NCBI RefSeq assembly: GCF_006345805.1
Contig: NC_043021.1
Span: forward strand, 22,506,001-22,570,000
Direction: 5' to 3'
DNA: 64,000 nucleotides
Source: Octopus sinensis
Taxonomy: Eukaryota
A program made the position numbers and the translations under genes. Under the pieces are notes generated by a model, which made no database searches, was not told where the DNA came from, and saw only the letters and a program-made list of their open reading frames with translations. Positions 1 to 13,059 of the stretch are shown here, one piece after another. Positions within the stretch are counted from its first letter, which is position 1; the number at the start of each line of letters is the position of its first letter.

Positions 1-407
1 TGTGTATATATATATATATATATTATATTTGTGTATATATATATATATATATTATATTTGTGTGTGTATGTATGTATATATATATATATATTGTGCGTGT
101 GTGTGCTTGAATATAGTTTGCGCTTCCATATATAAATGCGTGTGTGTGTGCATGCACGTGTAAATATGTATGTGCATATGTCCTTGTGTGTGGGCATGTG
201 GTTCTATATGATTAATAGTTTGTTTTTTGAAAGACTTTGAATTAATGTTTGTAAATATCTTAACATGCATCCGTTTTGTCGCTATTTAACAGTAAATATT
301 GAAATAGAACAATATTTTTGGTAGCAACAGCATTAACTAATGACATTTTAACGATGTGTTATGGCTTAAAACATTCATTTTATGGAAAATGCTTTGTGAC
401 GCCGCAC

Positions 408-727
408 CTGAATATTATATCTGTACAACATACAAGATGGTGCAAAAGTAGGTATCTAGGTAAGAAAAAGAGAAAACACGGACAATACTCATTTATACGA
501 TAAAAGTATCATTATTATTGACACTGAAAATATTAAAAAAATGAATATTATATCTGTAATATTATATCTGAATATTATATCTGTACAGCATACAAGATGG
601 TGCGAAAGTATGTATCCAGGTAAGAAAAAAAGAAAACACGGAAAATACTCATTTATACGATAAAAGTATTATAGTTATGATAAAGGTATCATTATTATTA
701 ATGGCACTGAAAATATAAAAAAATGAG
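408..727. repeat. Tandem duplication of a ~140-160 bp unit (408-543 and 568-727)
   Basis: Both copies start ctgaatattatatctgtaca and share catacaagatggtgc(a/g)aaagta(g/t)gtatc(t/c)aggtaagaaaaa...cacgga(c/a)aatactcatttatacgataaaagtat; roughly 90% identical. Confidence 0.85.
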
Positions 728-1535
728 GTTAACTAATTTAAAGTGCTGATAATTGTAACGACTTAAGTATTATACCTATTTTTGCATACAAGCGAAATTA
801 GCTACACATAATCTGTACCTCAGACAATACACTTCAATACCTAAACACTAAAGATTAAAGATGTTTACATACTAACGCTAGGGAGTAAATTCACAATATA
901 TATTCAGATTAATAGTTAAGAAAATTTAATGGAAAATAAACTGAAACGTGGATAAAACATGAAACAATTTACACTAAATTTGCTGTGGTGAATGTACAAA
1001 GAAAAGAAAATGGGTGAACGGTACCTGGATACAAATATACAGCAGCGATAAATTTGTAGAGAAAGCGCATGCGTATATTATTTTGGCTAATGTAAACTAT
1101 ATGAGAAACAATGGCTTTTATGTACGTTCTCTCGAATTTATGTACAGTTAGTTATGTGAAGTGGAAGTAAGTGCTACGATTAAATTCTACTCTATTGAAA
1201 TAAAGAAATACATTCTGTAAGGAGGAGGGAGAGAGATGACTATTCCAAGTAGCTATTTCGTTCGGGGATGAAAAAAAAAAGAGATATCATATTCTTGCGA
1301 GAAATAAATTAGGATTAATAAGCTTGGGTGCTGGGAATGGAGATAAAGAAGCAAGATTTAAAGACTATAGTTAATAAGGCACACAACGTGAGATGGAGAA
1401 TTAAAAAAAAATGTTATTCAGATGGAAAAGAGATAAGAAATGCTAGACGTAGTCACAAATTTTACTCCACACATAACCATGCAAACTATTCACAGAAGCA
1501 CAGTGACGGAGAACCAATCATGTCATCGGACAACA

Positions 1536-1722
1536 CCTATTTCTTTACTACCCACAAAGGGCTATACACAGAGAGGAAAGACGAAAGGATTAAGTCGATT
1601 ATATCGACCCCAGTGCGTAACTGGTACTTGTTTAATCGACCCCGAAAGAATGAAAAGCAAAGTTGACCTCGGCGGAATTTGAATTCAGAGCGTAGCGGCA
1701 GACGAAATGCCTATTTCTTTAC
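1536..1722 (-). mobile_element. SINE family A (tRNA-derived, Meta-domain-like core): body unit plus the end of a second unit
   Basis: Reverse complement matches the 10550-10782 copy (B-box-like ttcaaattcc, ttcattctttcggggtcgattaaacaagtaccag, tail tgggtagtaaagaaatagg). Confidence 0.9.
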
Positions 1723-1734
1723 TTGTTTGAATTA

Positions 1735-2048
1735 TTGGACTGCGGCCATTCCAGGGCAACACCTTGAAAGATGTAGTCGAGGATCTCAACACAAGTACAT
1801 AGTTTTAAGTTATTACTTATTTGACCTGCACATTTCCGAACCATTACTCTACGAGACACGTAAGCAAACTTGTGTGTAGGAACAGTCTCGCACACTCATA
1901 TACATGGGGTTGTGTATACACACACATGCACACAAAGGCGTTGGTTCGTTCAAATACAAGTACTGGCCCAAGATGCTCGCTATGGTATTGAACCGAAAAC
2001 AACGAGGTTGTAAAAATGATTTCTTAACTGTAGCCATATGCCTATGCA
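1735..2048 (-). mobile_element. Degenerate SINE family B (CORE-like, internal microsatellite)
   Basis: The reverse complement gives a tRNA-like head, catcttgggccagtacttg and the 3' part seen in other family B copies. Confidence 0.6.
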
Positions 2049-2339
2049 TCCATAGTTGCTCGCATTGCAATACGAACACCAGTTATTCTTAGCAATGAAC
2101 ATTTTTCAATTGATAAATCTGATTATTTTTCCTTGGGCTGATAGAGAGAAGAAAGCCTTCCATGTCAAATTTTGACATGGGAAATAAGAAACATTAGCAG
2201 ACATGTGAGACATGAGGGGAAGAAATTACAGGAGAGCAGTTTTTAAAAAACATTTTCAGAAAAACAACTGGGCGTCCTAACGGATTTTGAATTCGAACAT
2301 AAAATTCGAAATATAGCGTTTGTCTGTTTAGCTGTGTAA

Positions 2340-2375
2340 TACGTGTGTGAATCTGAGAGGGGAATATTTTGGGTA
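2340..2375 (+). mobile_element. Short mariner-derived fragment
   Basis: gtgtgtgaatctgagagggggaatatt resembles 61700-61730 (transposase C-terminus KCxxxRGEY). Confidence 0.4.
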
Positions 2376-3581
2376 ATTAAGGGATTCTCCTATATTTTAC
2401 TGTACCGAAAGCTAGGAGCTTTCTAGTACCTCTTCGTATATATTTAGTGTCGATTCTTGAAAAGACAGTGTAATTAGTGCCTTGAAAGTGATAATAATCT
2501 ATTTTGTTTTGGTCAAGTCCGTATCTGTATATGAGTGACGCCTTTGTGTGAACAGCTACGTGAGGGAGATTATAACTTCTATCCGAAGAATATTTTAAAC
2601 CAATGTTCACATGCTATTAGAGCTTCATATGCTTCGAGATCCGCTACACCCAAAATTATATATATATAAACATTTCGAATGCTTCTGAGACAGTATTCGT
2701 GTAACAATTTTCTATAGTATTCATACTGATTTCATTCACAAGAGTGTGTGATTCAGAAAAGTTCTGTCGGCAAGTTCTTTATATATAGATGTGTGTGTGT
2801 GTATGAGTATAAATCGGTGCGTTGAACAAATTCTGCGGAATTTCTTTCGCCCAAATTCCTCAGACACCCCCCTCCTTTGTTACACATTGTCACACCCGGC
2901 GTCATAAATGCACTGACCCATACATCAGTTCACTGGAAACAAATACACTGTATTATAAAATAAAGCGAAATCTTAGCGTCAAGATGTCTGTACGGCTGTG
3001 TGCGTTCCAGCTTGTTTTAGATCTTCATCTCATTTGTCATGATATTTCATTAGAGCTGATGTTGATGTCTCTTACTAATTAGTAATGAGGAAATGGTTTA
3101 ATGAACGATTCTACAATGTGATACTTTGGCCATTAGTAATTCATCTCAAAGAGAACGCAGCGGACGTGAATAAGCTTGGCACACACAATGATTGCGTTAC
3201 AATTTCTTTTGTTTATTTCTATCTCTGTTTCTTTCTCTTCGTCTCATTATTTATTTATTACAAACACTAATATAATTTATTTTTTATTTGTTTTCATCAT
3301 CCATGCAATTCAACAACAGCGATTCAATGTTCCTAATTGACAGCAGGAAAAAATATTAGCAGTCAGCAACACCACTATAATGAGATGTAAGAAGCTGGCT
3401 ATTCGAGCTCTATCCAGTCACGGGATTTACTGAGAAAACAGAAGCCAAAGTCTCCCACTGAACAACACAAACCACTGTGTCTTTAAGGGGTTAAATTACA
3501 CGATCTAGTTTTAGAGATATAAATAAAAGGAATGGTTACATTTGGCATATCTCTGAAATGAGGTGTGCAATGTCAGTGTTG

Positions 3582-4187
3582 AGACGGTGAGTTGGCAGAA
3601 ACGTTAGCACGCCGGTCGAAATGCTTATTGATATTTCGTCTTCCGTTACGTTCTGAGTTCAAATTCCGCCGAGGTCGACTTTGCCTTTCATCCTTTCGGG
3701 GTCGATAAATTAAGTACCAGTTTCGCACTGGGGTCGATGTAATCGACTTAATCCCTTTGTCTGTCCTTGTTTGTCCCCTCTGTGTTTAGCCCCATTGTGG
3801 GTAGTAAACAAATAGATATTTCGTCTTCCGCTACGTTCTGAGTTCAAATTCCACCGAGGTCAACTTTGCATTTCATCCTTTCGGGTTCGATTAAATAAGT
3901 ACCAGTTACGCACTGGGCTCATATAATCGACTTAATCGGTTTGTCTGTCCTTGTTCGTCCCCTCTCTATTTAGCCCCTTGTGGGTAGTAAAGAAATATAT
4001 ATTTCGTCCTTTCTCAGTTCATATACGACCGAGGTCGACTTTGCCTTTCATCCTTTCGGGGTCGATTAAATAAGTACCAGTTACGCACTGGTGTCGATAT
4101 AATCGACTTATTCCGTTTGTCTGTCCTTGTTTTCCCCCCTCTATATTTAGCCTCTTGTGGGCAATAAAGAAATAGGTATTTCGTCTG
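3582..4187 (+). mobile_element. SINE family A multimer: full head+body, two further body units and 11 bp of a fourth
   Basis: Head gagttggcagaaacgttagcacgcc; body units restart at tatttcgtc at 3817, 4000 and 4177. Confidence 0.95.
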
Positions 4188-4486
4188 TTGATTAGCAACA
4201 AAACCGATCATTGAAAACACTAATAATAAAGTGCCAGGAGATATGATAGAAATAGCACCCAAATATCGTCCACTAATTAGTCTTTAATAACGAAGGGACA
4301 TTAATGACTGTGGTCGTAAAACACACATACAAAGTGTTGTCTTGTTGAGAATAGTTTTAGTTGTTGCACTAATCTCTGGCGGATTGTATATGAACCAGTT
4401 GTAATAATTTAACTGTTGGTCATCCGTAATTCTGTGGATCCATGCTGAGAGATCTGACAATTAATAGGCCTGAATTTTTTTTTTAG

Positions 4487-4665
4487 GCGATGGCGTAACT
4501 CGCTTACATGGACCTCGGTGTACAATTGTTACTTGGACCTCAGTGTACAACTGGTATTTTTTCTCTCGAATAGGAACGCGTATTAGCATCGGCAGAATTT
4601 AAACCGAGGCGAAATGACGCTCAACATTTTGTCCAGAGTGGAGACGATACTACTGACTCTCCGCC
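4487..4665 (-). mobile_element. Degenerate SINE family A-like copy
   Basis: Reverse complement ggcggagagtcagtagtatcgtc...catttcgcctcggtttaaattctgccga; internal 26-bp duplication at about 4503-4555. Confidence 0.6.
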
Positions 4666-5019
4666 TTTAACATGAAAAATAATAGCAGCAAGCAGCAGCA
4701 GAGAAATATTGACCAACGATGGGAAGCTTTATTTGACCAATGAACTCACTCTCCTAGAAATGACAGTTAAACATTCTATTAATCACACTCTTCAGGATCC
4801 AAAGATATACGAAGTGCATTGCAGTCATAACCTATTGTTGAATACACAAAATTGTTTGTGTTAGGTTTAGAGTATCAAGATTTGAGTCTAGAAAACAACA
4901 GACGGATACCCATTTGCCAAAGAATTTTCTATAAATAGCTGTCAAATATCCTTCAAATTACACCCACATGGTTTCTTTATTTTTGTGATCGATAGAGACA
5001 ACTAGAATGTGATCACTAG

Positions 5020-5130
5020 GGGAGGGTAGGGTTGGACCAACGCGGAACGAAATGTTTGGCTAAGGACACAATACACAACCCCATCAAGGAATTGACCCCA
5101 CGATCTTATATTTTGACCAATACCACTAAC
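5020..5130 (-). mobile_element. Degenerate SINE family C head fragment
   Basis: The reverse complement shows a tRNA-like head followed by gttgtgtattgtgtccttagcc. Confidence 0.45.
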
Positions 5131-5399
5131 TAGAACACTTACCACATTTACCATCACTCATTTCAATTATCAGTTTTAGTTATTTGTATTACATTAACAA
5201 ATGTTTTAAATAAACGCAAACATTTTCAATGAAAATTTTTAAAAAGTACTTAAAATTTGAATGTAATGATTGAAGAGATTCCTAAAATATTTAAGACGTA
5301 AAATTTGAATAATTTACGATTGTGACGTTGTTGATTAACTTGCATTAATGGAATTTTATTTTCTGTATTATCGTTGTAATTGTTATTAACATTATTCCA

Positions 5400-5770
5400 T
5401 TTTTTTTTATTGTGATGGTGATGATGAGGGCAATGAGATTGTTGATGTTGATTGTGATGTTCACTAGGAGTGCTATAACATGATATAAATGATGATGTCA
5501 CGAGATGATGGTGAGTGCCATCGATAACATGATGCAACAGCATGGGCGATGATGTCACCCTTACTGATGTTGCAGATGGTGATAAAGTCGATGGCGATAA
5601 TTGTAATGACGATACCTAAGATGAGGCGGGTGACCAACGGAGGGCATGATTGCGATAAGGATCATTACATGGCATTATTGATGATGGTTACGATCTCGTT
5701 ATAACAATAGTGATGATTGTCGCCGTATGGTAGTGATGATGCTGGTGCTATGATAATGAATGCTGTTTAT
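5400..5770. repeat. Degenerate (GAT/TGA)n low-complexity tract
   Basis: Recurring gatgat/gatggt/tgatga triplets with stops in several frames. Confidence 0.85.
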
Positions 5771-6308
5771 CGTTTTCCTGCTTTCTTATTAGTTGCTTCA
5801 TTACAATCAAGAACCACATCACACAAAGAAGCAAACAAAAGCGTGAAGAACGAACACGTAAAGGAAAAGCAAACATACATACGCTCCAACTCATACAGAT
5901 ATATGGATGCACACACATTTACATTCACAGGCCTCAGTGAATACACACACACAGACACACATACATACACAGAGAATCGCAATAGAGAAAAAAAAACTTC
6001 ACTTCTTCAAAAAATTGAAGGTGAAGATTAGTAATAATTTTAATATCAAATAACGCTTAATTATAATATAATTACTTTAATTACACGTATTAACTGGTAA
6101 TAAATCAATTTATTTATTGCCAGGAGTTAAAAAAAAGAATATAAATTATTCGCTATGCGGAGGAAATTATTATTATTATTATTATATTATTATTATTATA
6201 TAAAGAAAGCGTTGTTTTTATATTTTATTATCCATTGTAATTACACACGCTTTCAGTTTAACTGTCTTGCTCTGCACACATTTACACAAGACACACCCTC
6301 TCACACGC

Positions 6309-6355
<47 letters not shown>

Positions 6356-6529
6356 TTTATTTATTTAAAAATCGATTGTCGCATCGAAAAATTCACACAT
6401 AGTCAACTCGTTAAAAGAAATCAAATAAAATGAATCTACCCATGTATCAACTCTAACATTCACAATGTTATCTTTATCGATGGCAAGTGATAATGATCAT
6501 AATTAGTATTAAAGCGCCGATCTGACAGA

Positions 6530-6650
6530 ATCCTAGGCATGGCAGGTGAAATGTTTAACGGCATTTCGTCCTTCATTACGTTCACAGTTCTAATTCCGCT
6601 GAGATCGATTCTATTATTCAACCTTATGAGGTTGATGAAATAAATAGCTA
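6530..6650 (+). mobile_element. Degenerate SINE family A fragment
   Basis: gaaatgtttaacggcatttcgtcc...ttctaattccgctgagatcga...aaccttatgaggttgatgaaataa. Confidence 0.6.
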
Positions 6651-7842
6651 AATATCATTTAGGCAGAAGCGTCGATGAAACAGAATTTTGCGTGCTACCT
6701 TTTCTGCTATTATTTATTGTAGAACATGTTAGTAATAAACGTTTATCTCTGACGGGTTCAATTTGCAGCACTCCAATCTTTTCACAGTGAGCGTACCGGC
6801 CGCTACGGAACTCCAACGGAGAGCACACTCGGAGAAACCGTGTGGGCCGAAATGACCAGGAGTTGGTCGTACTACCGCATCTTACGGTACCCAACGTCCA
6901 TATAATTAGCAAAATGATTCTCAAATTTCTGTTCCCACATTGTCAATCGTGGTAAACTCCATTGCGACGACAAAAGTTTGTTACAAAACTAAACTCATAC
7001 CCTCTGTCTTCAGAACCACAAACTATTGTGGCATTCAGAAATAATTCACTCGCGTATGACTTGAATTCGTCTGAGCCCTATTTCTTCAATGCATTTTTCT
7101 CCAATTCGGATATGGTTATAACTCAGTGATCTCCACTCGCTCGTGGGCATTTATTGATAAGTAAATGATGAGTCTCAATGTACATATAGAATTATTGTGT
7201 TTTACTGAAATGCCAAAACTCTCTTCCAAACTGGAAATATTTGCTGCACAATTCGTTATAATGAATTGTAAAACGAAAGCCATACAAATATGTCAGATTA
7301 CTTGGTATACGAGGTAGAAATCTTTAAAATATAAACACCAGTCTATGTTTGTCAAGAAGCTAGTTTCCATTTGCTTTTGTGCGGTTAAAAATACCCACTT
7401 GAGTATATTCAGAATAAATAATTTGCTGATATATTTGAAGTAATTAGTATTTTAGGAAAATTACCAAATACATAATGAAGCTTAGTAATTAATTTATTTC
7501 TGTAATAATTTATTTCCCCTTTCGCTCTAGAAATGTTCAATTAACAAATTCATAATTACGTATCGACTAACAGACAGACACACACAAACAATATACAGGC
7601 TTACATACATATATACCTGAGGTCGTATATACCTTGCATCCCTATCTCTCTACATCTTCACCTCCTGTGTGCATGTACATTCATATATAAATGTATATCT
7701 GTGTGTGTGCATGCGCGTGTGTTTAACGTGTACGTTGTAGACAAATACAAATGTTTCATTTTTGTTACACAGAAGAAGCTTCTGGAGATATTTATTAAAC
7801 TGAGTCACTGCACTGAAAGTTCTGGGAATGTTTCGCTTATAG

Positions 7843-7862
7843 CAGTGGTTCTCAAATACTTT
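7843..7862 (+). mobile_element. Possible solo hAT/Charlie-type terminal inverted repeat
   Basis: cagtggttctcaaa matches the classic Charlie TIR; no partner TIR found nearby. Confidence 0.3.
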
Positions 7863-8389
7863 TACCATCGAACTCCTTTCAGTCCTATTTTACTTAGATG
7901 GACCTCCAAAGCTACCACTCACTGTTTGAAAAAATCCCATTTTAGTTTTACAATTAAATATGATAATGGATTGCATTTTACATTTTACATTCAAATATAT
8001 GCGCACGTGGCTCTCCTCCATCGGTAATAGAATCCATCTCCTAAGTTGCAGGTTTTAGCAGTGATTGGCTATTGTATAAGAAGAAACATGCACCAATCAT
8101 TCGCGGGTGTCTGTTGTTTCTCATCAGCTATATTGTTCATGTGGTTGTCTATTCTCCTAATACTTCATACTGTTATTTCTAAGGCTTTCTTTCCTTGACC
8201 AAGCGGATATTTGTATTAATAAATTATTCCAAGCTACTTCATTTTTTTCTTATAATTTGAGAGGCATATGATTCGCTTCTGTGTACGCGATCGTCTGCAT
8301 ATCACATGGCCTATTGATTTCTGAGAATTAGTTTAATTTAAATAGCCTATGCCTGAGACTGAATACTACAGAGAGCAGATTATAACACG

Positions 8390-8950
8390 ATTTGCTCTTA
8401 ATTGTAGATACGTGTGCTATTCATTTTAATTATGTTAACAAACAAATTAATGTAGAATCGATACAGATCATAATTCTGCGCAAAGGGCTCTGGCATTGGT
8501 ATAAAAGGTTTGTACCACAGTTTCAGAAAGCTCTTGATAAGATTCGAAACAACCAGCTTTTAGCTTGCTTACGTGGATTACTCACAGACTAGTCAATGCA
8601 TTAACGTTATTTAAAATTGCCATGGTCTGTGAAAAGTTGCTTGCTCGAAATACAAAAGCGTATAAGAAAATTTCAATACCTCATAAATTTACCACTTCGT
8701 TGCAACACATTTCCGAAACATAAAGAGCAAAGTTGTAGCATATTCAACCACAGACGGGCCTTTTTTTCTGCAGAAGGCTGGGAGTCATGCATGGACTTTG
8801 TATATTACTCATTGACCACAGCAAAGACGGGAGAGAACTAATTTCTTTGTAGCAACGTACAGAAACCCGTGTCACGAACTGTGTTTCCCCAAGAAGCGAG
8901 GGCCAACTTAGGGCGCCTACAATACTAAACTATAAAGAAAAGGCATCAAA
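8390..8950 (+). mobile_element. Highly decayed LINE reverse transcriptase remnant
   Basis: FVPQFQKALDKIRNNQLLACL resembles the RT DFxKAFD motif; a homologous segment lies at 10365-10500. Confidence 0.4.
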
Positions 8951-9949
8951 TAGATATCAAAAGCAGATAAAAAGAAAAATAACGTTTGATAATATCTCCT
9001 AACTGACAGCTATCTCGAAATATTATTCCATGTCAAAGGTTACAAAGCCATACATCTATCATATCATATCGAACTTTTACAGTAGACTCATATTTCTCTT
9101 CACTGCTGTCATTGTTGTCTGTTAATCTGTCTAAGTTAGCTTGCTGCCTAAATATATTTTGTATTTACGTATATTTAAATGACTAAACCCACCCACACAC
9201 ACATATATGCGCGCGCGTTTAAACAGTTACGAATAAGTCATTCAACCTCACATGTAAGTTTATGCTTACATACATACATACATATATACATACACATGCG
9301 CACACATACACACACACAAACACATACAAAGAGGCGCGCAAATAAATCACATCTAGATAGATAAATTGATTGATAGACACACGCATATATATCTCAAAGT
9401 AGTGAGTTTTGAATATACAACTGTAATATATCAACGCAATCGTAAATTCTGTGTAACTACCACACTGTAGTAGGAATGAGCTATACTCTGTTGGTAAATA
9501 TATATATATATATATATATACGCACACACATTCACTGACTATTGTGTGATATATAACTCTAGTCTTGCATATGTATCAATGTCAAGAGAGAAAGTGAACT
9601 GCTACCATTTCGAAATATTGCTTAGTTCAGCTGCGTTTTTACTTTGAATTCCACTGGTCAACGAGGCTGTCTCTGTATACCTGAGCTGGCAATTTACGCG
9701 CGCGTGTTCGTGTACATGTCATATTCTTCTTACTCCAATGACAACTATACTTCTAAAAAAAATTGTAAATATGCTTTATTGAAGTCAGTTTTTCAGTTTG
9801 GGAATAATGTTCAACAGCGATGTTCTCTAATGGAGCGGATTGTCTATATATGTACTTAACTCGAAGTAGTTTGGGACAGACTAAGTTAATTTACGTTCCT
9901 GATATTGTCTGGATTCTTCTATTCCTGGTTTTCTTCCTATGTTTCATAT

Positions 9950-9953
9950 ATAT

Positions 9954-10022
<69 letters not shown>

Positions 10023-10030
10023 TGTGTGTG
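9950..10030. repeat. (AT)n microsatellite
   Basis: Direct inspection. Confidence 0.95.
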
Positions 10031-10289
10031 TGTAATAACATGGAGAGACCGAGTTTTGATTCGTAGACTATAAAGTATGGCTAAATGCTCCTGGAATGGA
10101 AGTGACGACCTCGTCGTAGTGGGGATGCCTTTGATCTTATCTAGCATACATCACACTTTATGTGCAGATAAGCATCAATATATATCGACTTCCAAGAATG
10201 TCAGAAAATGTCACTATTTGCGCTTGTCATTTCCGTCACACCTATCAAACGGCTTTTGTCCAAAATATCATTTTCATTCTTGTCAGACA

Positions 10290-10540
10290 GCACGAATTAC
10301 AATCCTTCATGGATTTCTCTTCCATTGTTGCTGAAGCAATTATTCACCTGTTTTCTTTGATTGTAGATTTTAATTCTGTTCAAAGAGGACTTGCGTTGCA
10401 ATAAAGATCTTGTACAGCAGTTTCAGGAATCGTTTGATACGATTCGAAACAACAAACGTTTAGTTTACTTACTCGATATTGCTAGACTGTAAATGTCGCT
10501 GCGTTAATATTCTAATGCAGTAATTGGTACACGGTCACTC
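10290..10540 (+). mobile_element. Decayed repeat homologous to 8460-8600 (probable LINE RT remnant)
   Basis: QQFQESFDTIRNNKRLVYL aligns with PQFQKALDKIRNNQLLACL; shared cagtttcag...gattcgaaacaac. Confidence 0.45.
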
Positions 10541-10549
10541 TACATTCTA

Positions 10550-10782
10550 AAGGCGGCGAGCTGGCAGAAACGTTAGCACGCCGGGCGAAATGCTTAGCGG
10601 TATTTCGTCTGCGTTACGTTGTGAGTTCAAATTCCGCCGAGGTGGACTTTGCCTTTCATCCTTTCGGGGTCGATAAAATTAAGTACTAGTTACGCACTGG
10701 GGTCGATGTAATCGACTTAATACCTATGTCTGTCCTTGTTTGTCCCCTCTGTGTTTAGCCCCTTGTGGGTAATAAAGAAATA
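10550..10782 (+). mobile_element. Full-length young SINE family A copy with 17-bp target-site duplication
   Basis: TSD ggtcactctacattcta at 10533-10549 and 10783-10799; A-box-like agctggcagaaacgttagc, B-box-like gagttcaaattcc, core gcctttcatcctttcggggtcgataaaattaagtac. Confidence 0.97.
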
Positions 10783-11499
10783 GGTCACTCTACATTCTAG
10801 AAATGGCAGCGAAATAACTCTGAAAAACCCGTGCATTTTAGAATTATAAACAAAACATTCCGTGATGTAGTTCTGGATGCAAATGTCTTGGAGAATAAAA
10901 GAGTTCCGATTGGTTAGAATTGACAGGGACTAAAAACAACTGCATAGTTTTTCAGAAAGCCTGCAACATTCAACAGCACGAACCTTGCGAGGAACTTTGT
11001 GTATATATAAACTAAGAATTCCAAAGAGTGGATTGTACCTGGAATTCAAAAGAACCACAGGGTCAGGTTGATTCGGAGCTAGAATTAGGTTAACAGTACA
11101 CGTGTGGACAAAATATTCAACCGTAACATGGGTTGTGGAGATATGTTTGTCGAACAGTTGAACATTTATGGGTGGAAATTGTGACTTAGATACATTTATT
11201 TGCTTATTACGAGCTAACCATCTTTAATGATAGGGACACTTTAATGAAAGATGGGCTGGCTATATTTTGAAATTAGGATTACAGTTGTACCGCATAATTT
11301 GTATTAACCAGGGTTTACATATTAACTTCTGACCAACGTAAGCCACGATGACGCTGGTTTACTGTATCTCAGCAGCTTCCGGTATTAAGTTACAATTGTC
11401 CCTCAGGTAAAACGTACGGAAAACGAGGTTCACAAGGTGACCTATCCATTGATAAGCGAGATGGGGTCCAGGTCTTAATTTGAAAACGACAATTATGAG

Positions 11500-11930
11500 A
11501 GTCCTGAGTTGTCCTGGAGGATGATAGTGATGCTCAGGCTGCTGTTACAGATGATGTATGGGCTGATGATGATTGCAGGAATATTGACATTGCTGTGGCT
11601 GACGATAATACCGATTTTATGATATGGATGATATTGGATATAAGAAGGATGCTGGTAGTTACGTTAATGATGACAATATTGCAAATGGAGGATTATGATG
11701 ATAAGGATTTCGATGATGCTGAAATGAAGTTTCTATGGATGATGATGATATAGTAATCATTATGATGGCGATGGCGGTGAGTATGATGATTATCCCGATA
11801 CAGATAGGACTAATAATGATGATGATTCCTGATCATCTTGACGATCATGATCATAGACGTGTGAGAATTTGAGTATAGTGACGATCATGATATTAATTTT
11901 GTTACAGATGATGATGATGTCGTTGATGGG
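11500..11930. repeat. Degenerate (GAT)n low-complexity tract
   Basis: Dense gatgat/tgatga triplets. Confidence 0.85.
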
Positions 11931-13059
11931 AAGGTGAGTGACAGAAACGAAGGTTTTGAGAAAGGGGTTGTAGGCAAGGAAGGAAAGGCGAAACGTTCAT
12001 GTGTAAGGTTCAACGTCATCTGATAAGCAGGAAGCTTTCTTTAAAAATTCCTTCTCGTGTCTAATCTTTTGAGAAGTTTTTGCTAATGAGAATTTATTTT
12101 TTCTTTCTGGATAATTTTTCCTCTTTAGTAGGAGCGATTTCCTAAGATCACACATGTGTGTATATGAACGATTTTGTAGGATCGCATATGTGTGTATACG
12201 TGGGATACTGTGTATATCTTTACACGTTTATATGTGTACGAGGGTACATGAGAACGGGCGATTTTATGTGATTTGGGTACGTTTGTTGTTGTATTAAAAT
12301 GTACGTGTTGTGGGGGATCTGTTATTGCGCCAGTTGTGCTGTATGAAAATAAAGTTGCCGTGTAAACATTTATATGCGTAACTGAGAGCTTCTATGATAT
12401 GTTTCTGGGAATATGTTTTGTTTATATGTGTGCGAATATATTTAAACGTGTTTTTTTACCTATGATTTTTTAGCTGTATTAAAATATGTGGGTGTCTGCA
12501 TAAGTCTGTGAGCGTATACCTCGATGCTGTGCATGCATTTATGTGTAACTGAGAGAGAGAGAGAGCGTGTGTGTATGTGTGTGAATACGTAATAACATGC
12601 ATGTGTATAAAGTGTGCGCATGTGAGAGCGTTAGTGGTTATCCAATGAATTCAGAAACGCGCAATCGGCTTAAGGATTGTGAATAATTGATAATCTTGAA
12701 AACGGATTACGTCATATGTCTCATGAATGAACAGTTTCATAAAATCCTCACGTGTAAGGCGACACATCAAAATTATCAAACCGAATGCTCAAGAATGAAT
12801 TTATCCTCCGCATAAATATGTTTCCTGCTACAGAGAGTCGATAATTTGCAACAGGTTAAACCTACTTAGAGAACATAGAAAACCAATTATATAGCGAGTA
12901 AATATTAGGTTTGAAAACGGTTTTGGATAGGAAGATGCGACCCAGTAGATTTTTTTATATATATACGCAGGAATATATATATATATATTCCCTATTTGTT
13001 TAGGACGAGGTAGCCACAAGAAGACACACCAGGCATTCTATTCATTTCCCAGCTCAAAC

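Noticed and set aside
780-1500. Possible decayed LINE 3' region (LGSKF-like peptide)
   Set aside because: Only a five-residue resemblance amid many stops; insufficient evidence.
2160-2180. 10-bp palindrome ccatgtcaaa-t-tttgacatgg
   Set aside because: Isolated and short; no associated element or motif could be supported.
3582-4187. Regular repeats suggesting a CRISPR-like array
   Set aside because: Units are ~183-bp SINE bodies with no spacers; eukaryotic context and no cas genes.
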